Positions 24,006-37,766 of a DNA stretch of 64,000 nt are shown here, piece by piece. The first letter of the stretch is position 1. Every line of letters starts with the position of its first letter. Below the pieces are notes generated by a model. It was given only the letters and a program-made list of their open reading frames with translations, was not told the origin of the DNA and did not search any database. Origin of the DNA: Eledone cirrhosa (Eukaryota); the NCBI GenBank assembly GCA_964016885.1, contig OZ024740.1, forward strand, positions 407,836,001 through 407,900,000, given 5' to 3'. Both the position numbers and the translations under genes were made by a program.

Positions 24006-25367
24006 ATCCTTTATATTTTTTTTTTTATGATTTACAGCATGAAAATCTGGGCTTGTATTTGGATGTTAAAAACATAGACCAATTATATTGGAAAGATAGT
24101 TACACTGAAATGTTTACAATGAGTGAACAAATTAATGCATTTTCAATTTACTGTTAAAGTGTTTTTAATTTTTGAACCAAATTAAGAAACAAAGCATTAT
24201 AATTCATCTATCATAACAAGGAAAAACTTTACATTATCGTGTGCAATATGCACTTTTATTCTGTTTGCATATCATAGAAAGGTAAAAGTCCATAATGAAA
24301 ATATTCTTTTCTTACAATGTCACACATGAAATGAGGAAGTGATATTTCTATTAACCCTCCAAACATGGAAATCAACATCATTGCATAAAAGCTTGTGAAC
24401 TTTAAACAAAATTTCATGAATACATCCATTGAAGAATTTCACTATGGTTGCTGTGATATTTTCACTTTGTACTATTTTAATACATTGTTATAAAACAACA
24501 AGTATTATAACTAGTATGAAACAATTATTTGCATCTATTGTCTGTAGTAAAATATAACACGATTCTAGTCATCAAAAGCAATCAAAAGATAAAGCTTAGC
24601 TTTATTCAAGAAGAAGCTATTAAAATCAAATTTCAAAGAACTCTATAAATGATAAAGATATGATCTATTCACATTACAGTTGTTAGTTCTTAGAGCTCTT
24701 CTATTAATCCATTTCTAATTTCTTTGCATGTAGTCATGTCTAAAAGATGACAAAGTTAATTTAAAAAATAGAGAAAATCTTTTAAGATATAGAAGTTTAT
24801 GATTTAATACAAACTTCATATTTTTTTGGAGAATATTGTTCAATTTTGAAATGATATTTCTGTCATCTCCCAAAACATTTCTAATGAAAAAACAAAACAA
24901 AAGAAACTGCTATGTAAACCTATCTTCAAATCAAGAGATTCATTTCAGTTGTCTTATCTTAGTTCTTTGAAAATATTTCAATTGCCAATAAAGGTAAAAG
25001 ATAAAATCTTTCTGAGTCTAATTTCTCAGAGCTTCAAGTAAAGCTGAAAAATTATAATGTATACTTCTTTTATCTGTTATTTTTGATTCTCAAATAGGAA
25101 AACGTATGCTGATCATAAAATGAGTTTTTAATAATAAATCAGATATATACGAAGGAATATTATATTTCCTTCCATATATATATATATATATATATATAAT
25201 ATAATTTCATTCCAAAATAAAATTCTCAACCTCACAGTTGTAAACCCAATCAAGAGAGACAAAGGAGACAACACTTTCAACAGATATATGAGCAAGACAA
25301 GGTCACCTGACTTAACATTGCTCACAACCGGACAACTTGTCTAACCCATGTTAGTGTGGAAAAAGAT

Positions 25368-25369
<2 letters not shown>

Positions 25370-25448
<79 letters not shown>
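25370..25448. repeat. (TA)n microsatellite
   Basis: Pure TA run. Confidence 0.98.
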
Positions 25449-25452
<4 letters not shown>

Positions 25453-25679
25453 CATAATCAGAGAAAGCTAATAGCGATACTCCGGCCAAATTCCAACTCA
25501 CTCAACAAACATTAGGATATACCTGAGTATATATATAGCTGAAAATATTACAAAGAAAAAGATCAGCCTTAATATTGTTGGAAGTTATGGTATACAATAA
25601 AAAGTGATATAACATTACACTGCATACAGATTTGAATTAATTATTTAGAGCATTAAACCTTTTTAAACTTTGGTTTCCA

Positions 25680-26850
25680 ATCCTCATCATCACTATTTTA
25701 ACATCCATTTTACCATGTTGGCATGAGGTGGACTGGTTTGCAATAAATATATTAATTGTTTATTGTATTTCTTTTTTTTTTTTTTTTTAATGGTTTGATT
25801 GTGAGGTCCAACATCCTGAGATATAATCCTACTACTACTTCCTAATGCTTTTAATACTAGCCACACACCCAGGTCTATAGTTCTCTGCATCTCAAGCAAG
25901 CTGACATTACACATTCAATGGACCATGTTTGCCTTCATTTCTCTGCAGCTTCTGCAGATCTTTCACATTTAGTGTCCATATTTCACTAACAATTTAGTGT
26001 CCATATTTCACTAACAAGCAGCACACACCTTCATATAGATTTATTTTTGCATAAAAACAAAATATTACTGAAAAGTGAGGGAAAAAATACATAAAATACT
26101 CTCACTTTTTCATTACTTTAGATAATATGCTTTCTCTACATCTGACTCTTGCTGTAATTAGAAAGAAACTATCAATTATGTCTGGTATGCTATTTTATTA
26201 GCTCATAAACTTGATTTCAAGGGTGTTCCAAGAGCTAATTATTCCTGTACATCTATCATATTTGAAGTTCTGATTCTCTACCAGTCTGTCAGAGATCCCA
26301 CTACCTCTTAAATATCAATCCAAAATGACACATTTTTTTCTTTCTGTTACTAAATAGAACTTATGTATTTACTAACAACATTGCATTCAAGCCATTCATC
26401 TCCAAAAAGTTTCTTTAGTTTCTACCAGACTACAAAGCAAGAGATATTGGGAAAGGCTTTTTTCTAAATTAACAAATACAAAATAGATTGGTTAACCAAA
26501 GCTTCTCACGAAGCTATCTCAGAAATACAGCCTCTGTGGTTCTGCAGCCTGTTTCAAACTCAATTTTCATCTTACTTAAAATAATTTGGTTAAAGTTCTG
26601 TCAACTTTTTCAAGACTTTGTCTCATTTATTTGAGCTCACTGTCATTGTTTCTCACTTTTCTTTTCCAGTGATGTAATTGATGATAATGCTGCTACACCA
26701 CTCATTAGAGATACTATTTCTTGCACTAGTTGATTAAACTGTGAGTAATTAACATAATACCTACACAACCAGATATCTTTAACACCTCACCAACTTCCCC
26801 TGGTGTATTGCTACTTTTAATTCTTTCAAAAACCTCAGTAACCTCACTAA
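25680..26850 (-). pseudogene. Heavily degraded, internally deleted RTE LINE
   Basis: Reverse complement gives EVLKISG.VG..LIT, PHD remnant SGISDRLVENQNFKYDRCTGII, EDLQKLQRNE, and 3' end catgccaacatggtaaaatggatgttaaa. Confidence 0.65.
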
Positions 26851-26871
26851 CTAGACACACTTTACTTGAAT

Positions 26872-27210
26872 CATTCATTTCATTTCATTTTACGTCCGCT
26901 TTTTCCCTGCTTGCAAGGGTGGGACGGGAACTGATGCTGGCTTGATTTCTACAGCTGGATGCCCTTCCTAACACCAACCTCATTTACAGTGTGGGCTGGG
27001 TGCTTTTTTGCCGTGGCACCTCCACGACCACTTTGCAGTGGATTGATAGGGACTGGGGTCCCTATCATCTCATTTCTACAGCTGAGTAAACTGGAGCAAT
27101 GTGAAATAAAGTGTGTTGCTCAAGGAAACAACACATCACCCGGTCTGAGAATTGAACTCACAACCTTTCGATTGCAAGGCCAATGCTCTAACCACTAAGC
27201 CATGTGCCTC
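26872..27210 (-). mobile_element. CORE-type SINE S2 with RTE-derived tail
   Basis: Reverse complement of 44152-44525 type, with one fewer 3'UTR repeat unit. Confidence 0.85.
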
Positions 27211-27847
27211 CTTGGATAAGTCCCTTATTATTGCATTCATGCTTTTTAATTATTGATGCACTTTCATCACTACTTCCAAATGACAACCTGATTAATATGA
27301 CCACACTGTTTTGTGATTCAGAAAGGTTAAGGCCTTTTATCTTTGTGATACAGAACATTAACTATTTCACTATCATATTTCTAATGACATACACTATTTC
27401 AATCATAAAGAATTTGGGAGGGATTTACTAAAATCATTTTATTACTAAGATGCTAACTTATCAAATGGTTCTCATATAAAATTATGTTGAAAGATTTTAA
27501 TTTAAATATGACCCTTTTAAAATTGGTGTTTTTTATTGGATGGGGTAGGGGTGGGGTTAGTATCAAAAGGGTTAACAATCCTTCTTGACTTGAGAATTTT
27601 TATTATTATTATGAATTCTTTGTTACTCCTTCCTTTCCTCCATCTTTCCAAGCCTGTCAAATAACTCAATCCAATGTGGTTCACTGCTTTACTGGATTAT
27701 TATTTCATTTACAGATGGAAAGCTCTTCCTTTAAGAGACAAATTTTTCATATATTTTCTAAAATATATAACATCCTCTTCATAACATTCACAATACTAAA
27801 TATTTACTATACTTTTCCTAGTAACATTCTGGTTTTAAATGGTTTTA

Positions 27848-27849
<2 letters not shown>

Positions 27850-27905
<56 letters not shown>
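27850..27905. repeat. (GA)n microsatellite
   Basis: Pure GA run. Confidence 0.98.
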
Positions 27906-27907
<2 letters not shown>

Positions 27908-28174
27908 CTATATTGGAACAACAACAATAAATAATTGTGGCATCTTCGTGACAATTTTAATAAAAGAAATTATTAATAAAAGGAATAATTAAATTCAATA
28001 AATGCATATAGATAAGCATTCCACTTGTGGATACTGATATTTCTGTCTGTGAATCTTGTCAACACAGAGTTAGTCTGCAAAAGCTTCAAGGATTGAAATG
28101 TTAGTAAGAATAGTAAGAAAATAACTTCATACAAAATTCCAGATAGAGAAGAAAATGGAACAGAATGGGAAAAA

Positions 28175-28357
28175 ATAATAATTGTTTCTACTTTTGGCAC
28201 AAGGCCAGCAATTACCCAGTGCATTACTGGTACTTTATTTTATCGACCCCATAAGGATGAAAGGCAAAGTTAACCTCGACGGGATTTGAACTCAGACCAT
28301 AAAGGGACATAACTATGCTGGAAAGCATGGCGTTCAACCCTCTACCGATACTGCCAC
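28175..28357 (-). mobile_element. SINE S1, near full length, TSD AAAAATAATAAT
   Basis: Consensus match, direct repeat flanks. Confidence 0.88.
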
Positions 28358-28766
28358 AAAAAATAATAATAAAAACCATTTATGTTGGATGATTTCTATT
28401 TTATTTTTTTCATATTTTTTCTCATATTTCTGAGTGTATTTTGAATATGTGTCATTTATATATTTAGAAATAAGATATGCCAACCTGAGATATGCTTTTG
28501 GTACAACATCTGTATTTAATTTTTTTGCTTCATTCTGTTCTATTTGCTCTCTATTTAGAATTTCCTATTAGTTTAGTTTTTTTTTTTTTTTTTTTTGCTT
28601 TCTCTTCTCTTCAAACATTTCAATCCTAAATTTTCTGTGGATTGATTCTTTGATGAAAAAGACCATAGAAAAGAGATTGACATTCACAGTTTGACTGCTT
28701 AATCTACATATATTTATTGAATTTCACACTTCCTTTTATTAAAAATGTCATTATGACACCACAATT

Positions 28767-29431
28767 ATTTAATGTGTTGATATATGTTAATCTATGCAAA
28801 TATATCTCTCCCTCTCTTCAAACAACAACAAAAAAGTATTTATTTTCACTATATGGACTACAGGCCCATTTGAATTTCATTCATATTGAATAAAAAAAAA
28901 ACAGTGGCAAGAAAATCGTATACAAAATCAACAATGCACTCTTGCATACATTAGGAGATGTATCAAAAATAATCATGGCTGGATAACCATAAACAAAAAA
29001 TAAATTTTACAAAGACTTTAATTCTGATTAGAGGATTCAATCAAATGAGTAATAATTTCAGCATTACTATATAACTCAAGAATTACATATTACTAAAACC
29101 AAATACCTACATTAAATCATAACCATTCCTACAAATCAACAAGTAGTAAGACATTTCCTATGAACAAACTCATATTATTCATAACTTTTGGCTATGTTGA
29201 AGCCATATCTAGTTCACGCATGATAAAAAAAATTATATATATATAGACAAAAAGGCAATATCAGTTCGTATCAGAAAAAAGCTATTTTTGATTTAGCAAG
29301 TATTCAGTACCTCTCTAAACTGAAAATATTCTCATATTCCTGACAGTATGCTTACTGACTTTTATTATCCCAATTTATTTTTCAAAATAGCTGACATTAG
29401 TTTTAATTTCATGCATCAGTACCCAAACTTC

Positions 29432-29468
<37 letters not shown>

Positions 29469-30260
29469 GTTACAATAGTGACTGTACAGGTATTTAAGTT
29501 TCATTCAGCCTGTCATAAAATTAAAAATGAATTCTCACCATGGAGATTTTAAAAAAGTATAAGAGAGTTCTAAGGATAAGTAATACCAAAATTATCTATA
29601 AATAAGCAAATACCTTAAATAATGTAAATGAAAATAACTATGAAAAAAACCCTGAGGTATGCAACTTGTGTTTCCAGGGTTCAGAAGAAATTTTGTTTCG
29701 TGAAGCCCATTGTGAGAGTATTTTCCACTTCTCTGATTTACACGGTTGGCAAAATTTCATCCTATTGCCTTTTTGTCTATATATATATATTTTTTTTTAT
29801 CATGCGTGAACTAGATATGGCTTCAACATAGCCAAAAGTTATGAATAATATGAGTTTGTTCATAGGAAATGTCTTACTACTTGTTGATTTGTAGGAATGG
29901 TTATGATTTAATGTAGGTATTTGGTTTTAGTAATATGTAATTCTTGCTGAAATTAATTAATGCTGAAATATTAATGCTGAAATTATTACTCATTTGATTG
30001 AATCTCTAATCAGAATTAAAGTCTTTGTAAAATTTATTTTTTGTTTATGGTTATCCAGCCATGATTATTTTTGATACATCTCCTAGTGCATTGTTGATTT
30101 TGTATACCATTTTCTTGCCACTGTTTTTTTTTTTTATTCAATATGAATGAAATTCAAATGGGCCTGTAGTCCATATAGTGAAAATAAATACTTTTTTGTT
30201 GTTGTTTGAAGAGAGGGAGAGATATATTTGCATAGATTAACATATATCAACACATTAAAT
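28767..30260. repeat. Long inverted repeat: arms 28767-29260 and 29763-30260, ~500-bp spacer
   Basis: Arms are reverse complements nearly base for base, differing by a few small indels. Confidence 0.95.
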
Positions 30261-30365
30261 GGAGGATACTGGAAAAATTAATGGAGAATGCTGTGTCATT
30301 ATTTTTGAAGTTCCACACATGGTTCAGAAGCTGAGTGGTATGTTTTTTGCCAGGACTCCCTTTTC
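29645..30365 (-). pseudogene. Degraded Penelope-type GIY-YIG C-terminal region interrupted by the right arm of the inverted repeat
   Basis: Minus strand KHTTQLLNHVWNFKNNDTAFSINF (30265-30345) then KFCQPCKSEKWKIL (29715-29760), resembling T.LS.HIW.LK....F.I.W.IL......C.LC..EK..I. Confidence 0.45.
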
Positions 30366-30499
30366 ACTTACATTATACAGGTGAAAGCAGAAATTCTTTG
30401 CTTAAACTTTAATATGTACAGATAATAAATATTTGTTCTATGGGTTTATATATACAATCCTTATTTGGAGAGAGAGAGACACACACACACACACACACA

Positions 30500-31190
30500 C
30501 ACAATGGATACATAAGAAGTGTAATAGGATCACAAGTAGGCTAATAAAAAAGGTAGACAGTATGTGACAGGTGGACAGGTGTAGTCAACAGTAAAGTTAC
30601 TCATGAAATAAACTCCCTTAAATTCTTAGAAGATTCACTAGAGATAGTAGATAACTTTTGCTATTTAGATGATTTCATTAGTAGTGGAGGTGAATGTACT
30701 GAAAGTGTTGTAGCCAGAGTAAGAATGAGTGGAAGAAATGTAATGAGTTGTGACCTCTGTTGGCAACAAAGTGCTTCTCTCTGAGTGAGGGGCAGATTAT
30801 ATTATGTGTGTTTGAACTGCTATGTCATATGGTAGCAAGATATAGGCCTTGGGTGCAGAAGATTTGCAATGGCTGGAAAGAATATAAATATGCATGTTCC
30901 ACTAAATGTGTAATATTAGTGTACATGAATAATTGAGTGTAAGTGAGCAGAGAGAAAACCTGAGTATAAGAAGAATTAGATGTTGTGCACAGGAAAGGCA
31001 GTTGCACTGGAATGGTCATGTGATGAGTATGCAGAATGACAGTTGTATGAAGAAATGCAGAGGACTTGAAGTATATATAATCTGTAGAAGAGGGGGGAAC
31101 ATCATGAAGAAAATAATACAGGATCATGTTGACTGGGAATTCTCCAGACTAGAGAAAACCCACTCACCAGTACAAGCACTGCTATGTTAA
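30500..31190 (+). pseudogene. Degraded RTE LINE fragment
   Basis: EIVDNFCYL.DFISSGG, IRCCAQERQLHWNGHVM. Confidence 0.75.
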
Positions 31191-32574
31191 AAATAAATAT
31201 ATGAAGGTGGAGGTTGGGATTTAGTCACAATTTTGTTTTTTATGATGCTGCTATATCCTCTGCCCTGTTCTTATAAAGGGATATCAATAAGTTATGAGAG
31301 AGGAAGTGTATCTAGTCACACTCCCATCTCCTCCCTCTACCATCACCCACCACTACTATAAATAGTCTTCATATTATCCCCATTATCATTATTACTATTA
31401 ATGGCTTGCACAGTATATATTATAATTACTGGATCTTATACTGTCTGTCAAGCTTTCATAAATACCTTAGACAAAAAGTACTTTCCTGGGTATATAGGCA
31501 AGGAGGTCTTTTCTAGGAAAGCAATTTCTGATTTGAGGTCTACTTACTTAAGATGCACTCTCAGCTTTAGTGGTATCGAACCCCAAACTCTAATATCAAC
31601 TGGAATAATATTGATATTGTTAGGCGGTATTGATTACATATGTGCAATTTTGATCTTTAAGTGCTTGTATTTTTCTTTTCAAGGATATTCTGAGATGGCA
31701 ACATCAATAATCTGACATTCACACATATTTCTGAGCATAACTACAATGTCAGGCTTTAGATAGCCAAGTCCCATAGTATCTTAGGTTTGTCTGTCATTAA
31801 GCACACTCTATGGGACATGCTGGTAACTATATTTTTGGCACTTAGACCACTAAAGGTACATACTGACCTTGTCATGTTTTCTTTTATACTCTTTTTCAGC
31901 TAACATTTTGCACACACTTGCTATGTAAGTGATACTGTCTGTATTAATTCCATTACTTTCACCAAAATGATATATACCTCTAGGCACTAACTTAGTACTC
32001 AATGGTCTTGGGCTGAGATCAGCAGTTCTTCAGTCTCCCATATTAGATCACTATCGGAGAGCTAATTCCAAGACCTTTCAGTCTTTAATTCAGACATTTG
32101 TTATTTAAATTATCCATGCAATGGTTTTCCAACAAAATGGAAAACAACAAAAATTGATATCAAAATATAATGGGGTGTAACTAAACACTAGTCTGAGATC
32201 CACCAAACTCTCTTAAACACAATAAAAAACCTTTCATATACAAACACAAAATGGCTGGCTTTTCTTAAAGGTTTATTTAATTTGCGTAGTAATAGATTCA
32301 TGATATTTTTTTATAAAGTAAATTGTTAATAGGATCTAATAGTTAATATCAACATCTTCATTATTCAAACATTTTCAATAATAACAAAGTTTGAAAACAA
32401 TGAAATGTGATAAAGTTGTTGGCGGGTCAGATCAGTATTGATTTAGTAATTATTCTATAATTATACCATTAATGCCTCAGTAAGAATTACTTCTGTTCTT
32501 CCCTCCTATGTTTATAGTTAATTAGCAGGATTCATAATAGAGGCGTATATGAAAGCATAAGGAGTAACCCAAGT

Positions 32575-32738
32575 CAACGTGGTTGGCGTTAGGAAGGGCA
32601 TCCAGCCATAGAAAACCAGCCAGAAACAGTCCTATATGAGTGAGACACAGTCACCCAACCCAACTTGCCTCAAATCGGACAAACCCATCTAACCCATGCT
32701 AGCATGGAAGATAGATGTAAAACGCTGATGATGATGAT
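32575..32738 (+). mobile_element. RTE subfamily B 3'UTR fragment
   Basis: ggttggcgttaggaagggcatccagcc...catgctagcatggaag, (GAT)n. Confidence 0.8.
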
Positions 32739-33040
32739 ATAATAGATATACATAAGTTTTGCTATAAGTATTTTAAACCGATCATGTCACAGCTACCTGA
32801 GGTACATATTGTATACTTTCATATACACCTATATTATGTTTACATATGCACAATATGCTATAATTAAATTACTGGCGAGTAATGCTTTGTTTCAATGCTA
32901 TTTTGTGCTAGATTTAAAGATTTTAGCCAATGCTAAATATGTATAGCAAGGATAATCATAGGTATTTTGGATTTGAAGAGAAGATAGACACTGTCAAGCA
33001 TTTCTAAGGCCCATTGAAATGGCATGATAGAGACAGTTAA

Positions 33041-33376
33041 CCTATTGACTGCCACATATATTTTACACAGCTACAGTTGCTGTGCTGGAGTTTTGTTTTC
33101 AGTAAAATGACTATTCTTTTAAACAAACATTTATTAACAACACATATCTGAATGATTGACAAACATCAATAAACTAGTAACCCCATCTAGCTTTGAAGTT
33201 ATCAACTGTTGGAAACGATTCATAACTTTGAAGTTGACTGTCGGAAGTGAGTTCATAACTTTGAAGTTATGAACTGTTGGAAAAGAGTTTAAAAATGTTA
33301 GGATGAGTTATCTCATCAATGGCACTGGAATGCATACATGTTAGGATGAGTTATCAGATCTATGACACTGAAGAGG
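33041..33376. mobile_element. Second TTAA-flanked MITE-like element with internal tandem repeats
   Basis: TTAA|CCTATTGACTGCCA...TGACACTGAAGAGG|TTAA (10/14 inverted match); internal ~35-bp x3 and ~43-bp x2 repeats. Confidence 0.5.
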
Positions 33377-33632
33377 TTAAACATCAAGAATGTCACTCCA
33401 GCAACTGGCTATACCAGTTTTGGGAACTTGAGTGACTATGTAGATATAAAGACAAATGTAAAAACTTTATCTTTATATCTTCATAGTCAGAAACAGAGGA
33501 ATCAGTTAGACTAGCTTCAATCCAGTGTTGGTATTTTTTCAGTGACCAAGTACTCACTTAAACTGTTTACAGGGGTGCTGCTTATTAATCCTCTATTATT
33601 TAATCAGATAAACCAATTTGCATATTATAATG

Positions 33633-33866
33633 CAGGTGCATGGCTCAGTGGTTAGAACATTGGGCTTGCAATCGAAAGGTTGTGAGTTCAATTCTCAGAC
33701 CAGGTGATGTGTTGTTTCCTTGAGCAAGACACTTTATTTCACGTTGCTCCAGTTTACTCAGTTGTAGAAATGAGATGATAGGACTGGGGTCTTAAATCAC
33801 CCAAGACACCTCGAACGAGATATACCTTGGAGGAGGCCAGCTAAACCTGCATAGGTGTGAGCTGTC
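33633..33866 (+). mobile_element. CORE-type SINE S2 with a distinct tail
   Basis: TGGCTCAGTGG, GAGTTCAATTCT, CORE-like segment as in 44152 copy. Confidence 0.82.
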
Positions 33867-35984
33867 ACACACACATATTATAATGCACTTTTGGCAGCTA
33901 GTTCAATTAATAGATTATTGATGCATTAATAGTGTTTTGTCTAATGCTCTTTTTTATAGCTATATATTTTAGCCAACACTTGCTTGTCTTAATATATAAT
34001 ATCTTCAGTCTATATGATTTACTTAGGCTCTTGGAAATAAAGGGACTATAACTACTATCTCTGTGGATAGATAGCAAGGGTCTTAAGTTATTGATGAAAT
34101 TTCAACACAATATTGAAAGTAATCTAACCGACCCTCTTTTTATATCAATGAACATACTATATATAAAGACAGGGTGTTTACATTTGTTTATACATAGTGT
34201 AGGCAAAAATCTATAAATGTATCATAACATGCATGACATTACAAAACAGCATATATGACATTAATCTAATTAGATATAATGATCTATTGTAGATGTTTTA
34301 CAATTATCATATTGTATCACTAGATTGTAAGAGATACACACTAAAACAGAATTAAAAACAATGGTTTCTTGTTCAATTATCATTCTTTATTTGGTGAAAG
34401 GAAAGCTTCCTTATCTTTTATATAGTATATTTTAAAATATTGTATCAAAAAATTTAATGTTTTTAAAAAATAAATACTAGGATAAAACAAAATTTCTAGA
34501 AATATTATATTTTAAGATTTCTGGAATTTTACAAATGTTGTAAAACAGAAAATTTGACTTGAAAATTGTTTTAATTGAAACAGAAAAGTTGATTTTTTTT
34601 AATTAGCCATGAGTTTACAAAGGTGTAGGAAAGATAGCACAACAATCGACAAAAATGGCTAGAATTGATGTAAATAGAACCTGTGAACAAGAGAGACTAA
34701 GGAAGACAAATTGTGAAGAATGACCACAAGAAACTAAACCACATGAACGAGGTGACACACAATCATGATAACTGGTGATTTACTGTGCTAGAAAATCCCC
34801 ACTCACTAGTACAAGCACAATGATGCTAAAAGTCAATGTGGTGAGAAATTAGAGACTGCATGTAGAGAAAGAAGACTCTTTTAGCTTGCAGTAAATGGGA
34901 CCTGATAGAATGGATTTGGTACCTCCCTCTAAAGTGACCAATGAACCAACTAAGTAGTGTGTGTTAGAGAGGACCCTTTGCTCTTGTCAAGGATATGACA
35001 ACCTCTCTAGTACTGGTGCCACAATAAAATGTACAAGGTACACTCTGTAGTGGCTGGCATAAGGAAGGGCATCCAGCAATTGAAAGCATGCCAAAATATG
35101 GAACATAATGATATTATGACCCCATCAACCCATGCCAGCATGGAAAAATGATGTATGATGATAATAATAGTGAGGCCCTCCAGCAACTGTGCTAATTCAT
35201 TCAAGTTATAAAATTAAAACTTAAAATCATTTTCCCAGTATTTAATTCATTTCAGAAAAATACAAAAAAGCTAAATTCATGGAAAAATTTATTTGTAGAA
35301 AAAAAAAAATACTTTCACTTTCCAATCTACTTCTCTTGCCCTTTGGGTGCTTTTATCAGAGTTTACACTATTGTAAGCATTTCATTGATCATTGTTTGGA
35401 TAAAACAGTTTCATTGTCAAAGGGTACAATAGGAATACATTTCCTAACAGAGGACCACCTTTAGATAGTACAGGATGTAACCTCTGTATTTCCTCAGAAA
35501 ATTGCCCAATCTGCTAGTGCATAATTTCTTATCCTCTTTGTGACTGATGCCTCTTCACAGCAAGCAGAGCTTTTGAGAAGACCACTGACTTCCATCTGGG
35601 ATAGTCATAGCAATAAATAGGTTGGTTATTGGCAACCTACAAGCATTGATTTCCTGTTCCCTCCACCACACAAGCATTTCATCTTTTTATCAAATATGAA
35701 AGAGTCTAAACAAGAAAAGATTTGCTAGGCAACAGTCTTTCCTTTGATCCAGCTTTCAACTACAAACATTCAAACCACAATTTTTTCCTGATGCAGACAC
35801 TGTGTCTTTCTGTAACCCATCTTTGCTGTTTCAGCTACACTATATATACATTGTATTTTCCTAAAAATGATTGTCTATATATGGTTCTTGTGCTCTAATA
35901 ATGGTTGTAAGCTTTCTGGAAACAATATTTTAAATGTTGAATTTTCGATAAATATACAGTCTTTCAGAAAAAACAATGTATATA

Positions 35985-36141
35985 TAGTTGTTTCTACTTT
36001 TGGCACAAGGCCAGCAATTACCCAGTACATTACTGGAACTTTATTTTATCGACCCCGTAAGGATGAAAGGCAAAATTAACCTCGACGAGATTTGAACTCC
36101 GTCCCTTGATGGTTCGAGTTCAAATCTCGTCGAGGTTAACT
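35985..36141 (-). mobile_element. SINE S1 with 5' inversion forming a perfect 24-bp hairpin
   Basis: 36076-36099 pairs with 36116-36139. Confidence 0.85.
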
Positions 36142-37589
36142 AAAGTAATTGACAACCTCTCTTACTAAGGTAACATAATCAGTAGCAATGAGTGGGAATA
36201 TTCTGAAGTAGTTACCAGAGTAAGATCAAGGTGACAAAAGTTCAGAGAATTTTTACTTCAGTTAATGACAAAGGAACTCTCCCTCCCCCTCTCTCACTTC
36301 CTCCTCCTCCCACTTATATGGACATGTGATGTATATAAAGGATAACAGTTAAGTAAAGAATTGCTAAGTTATCCAAGTGGAAGGAACCTGTGAAAGTGAA
36401 AGACATTGATAGGAGTAATGAAGACTGATCTGAAGAGGCTGAGGAACACCATGAACAAGATGATAAGGAACAGCAACAAGGTGTATGGTGCTAGCCAGAA
36501 ATGACTCATCTAACATACATAAACATAGGGAAAACATGTAAAATCATGATGATGATGATCATCATAATCATCCTGATCACAACCTCCATTGCCAGTGTAC
36601 AATGAATGATATTAATATATTTATTTTAAATTAAGTATATATTGAGTCTCCTATCTGATGAGTAAATGTATAAAGAAAAATGTTTTGAGTAATGATAGAA
36701 GGTAGAAAGGAAAAAAAGTATAGTTATTGAATTGTGAAAGAACTATAAGGTATCTGAGCAACCTTTCACAGTAAATTGATATAACTCTCATGAGTCTATG
36801 ATTTGCTTGCCTGTTAGTGTTCAATCTTAAACACTAAACCTGTAACAAACATGAAATTATATCTATCACCTAGGAAACAACAAATGATGTTTTTAAATGA
36901 AGCATCCACAACATTAGATATTATTTCAAACATAATTAGGCATGCTCTCATGGTGGTTAAAATACTTCAATAGCCTGTCAGATAAAAGCATAACAGAATA
37001 TTCATAATTGGTTATCATTTTTAATTATGGATTTTTTTCTCCCAACATCCTTATTTGGCCACAAAACTTAATCACCACCATGATGTAAATTGTATCAATA
37101 TCATTTTTTATATTTCATTGTTTAATGAAAGTATGATTAACTAGTATTTTTTAAATATCATCATTGTTATTTATGTATCAATCTATACTTGTATAGACTT
37201 GACAAGTTTATTCTAGCACTGCATCTCATTATTTGTTGCACTGCTTTGTCATCAAATACACAAAACAAAGAAAACTCCAATACTTGTGCTTTTTGGCAAG
37301 GTGTATTATGGCTTGATGCACTTCTAAACACTTTACAGTATGGAGTAGGTGAATTTTATCTTTCCACTGGCACTAAAAACGTTGCTTAAAAGTTTTCTCT
37401 ACCTACATTCAGTTTTATACAGTTATTGTTCTCCTACAATGTGTAATGAAATTATGTTTTAATATATTTTAATGAGATTTCAAATAATGAAATGCTACAG
37501 AATTTACTACATACAGTGATGCAATTAAAATATAGGTACTTAACCAAAGTGACTTCAGAGGTTACTGGGACACATTAATTAGATATTAT

Positions 37590-37766
37590 TGGCAGTATCG
37601 GTAGAGGGTCGGATGCCATGCTTTGACGCAAAGAGTTACGGCCTTTTCTATTATGAGTTCAAATCCTGCCGAGGTTAACTTTGCCTTTCATCCTTATGGG
37701 GTCGATAAAATAAAGTACCAGTAATACACTGGGTAATTGCTGGCCTTGTGCCAAAAGTAGAAACAA
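37590..37766 (+). mobile_element. SINE S1, TSD ATTAATTAGATATTA
   Basis: Consensus match with 15-bp direct repeat flanks. Confidence 0.9.

Noticed and set aside
25966-26017. Short tandem duplications (26 bp here, 18 bp at ~16208, 23 bp at ~43600)
   Set aside because: Ordinary slippage or repair duplications with two copies only
29678-30337. Plus-strand exon (ttccag acceptor, gtatgt donor) split by inverted duplication
   Set aside because: Minus-strand Penelope similarity explains the open frames better; no recognisable host protein
33250-33275. loxP-like ATAACTT...AAGTTAT palindrome
   Set aside because: Only outer 7 bp match, lacks CGTATA arms and 8-bp spacer
35330-35830. Possible ancient retroelement or exon, also 460-870, 13170-13550, 43140-43420, 60060-60290
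   Set aside because: Higher GC but no motif I can assign with confidence
36645-36695. CTGATGA...GAAA hammerhead-like strings here and at ~42851, ~46730
   Set aside because: No supporting stems; expected by chance in AT-rich DNA
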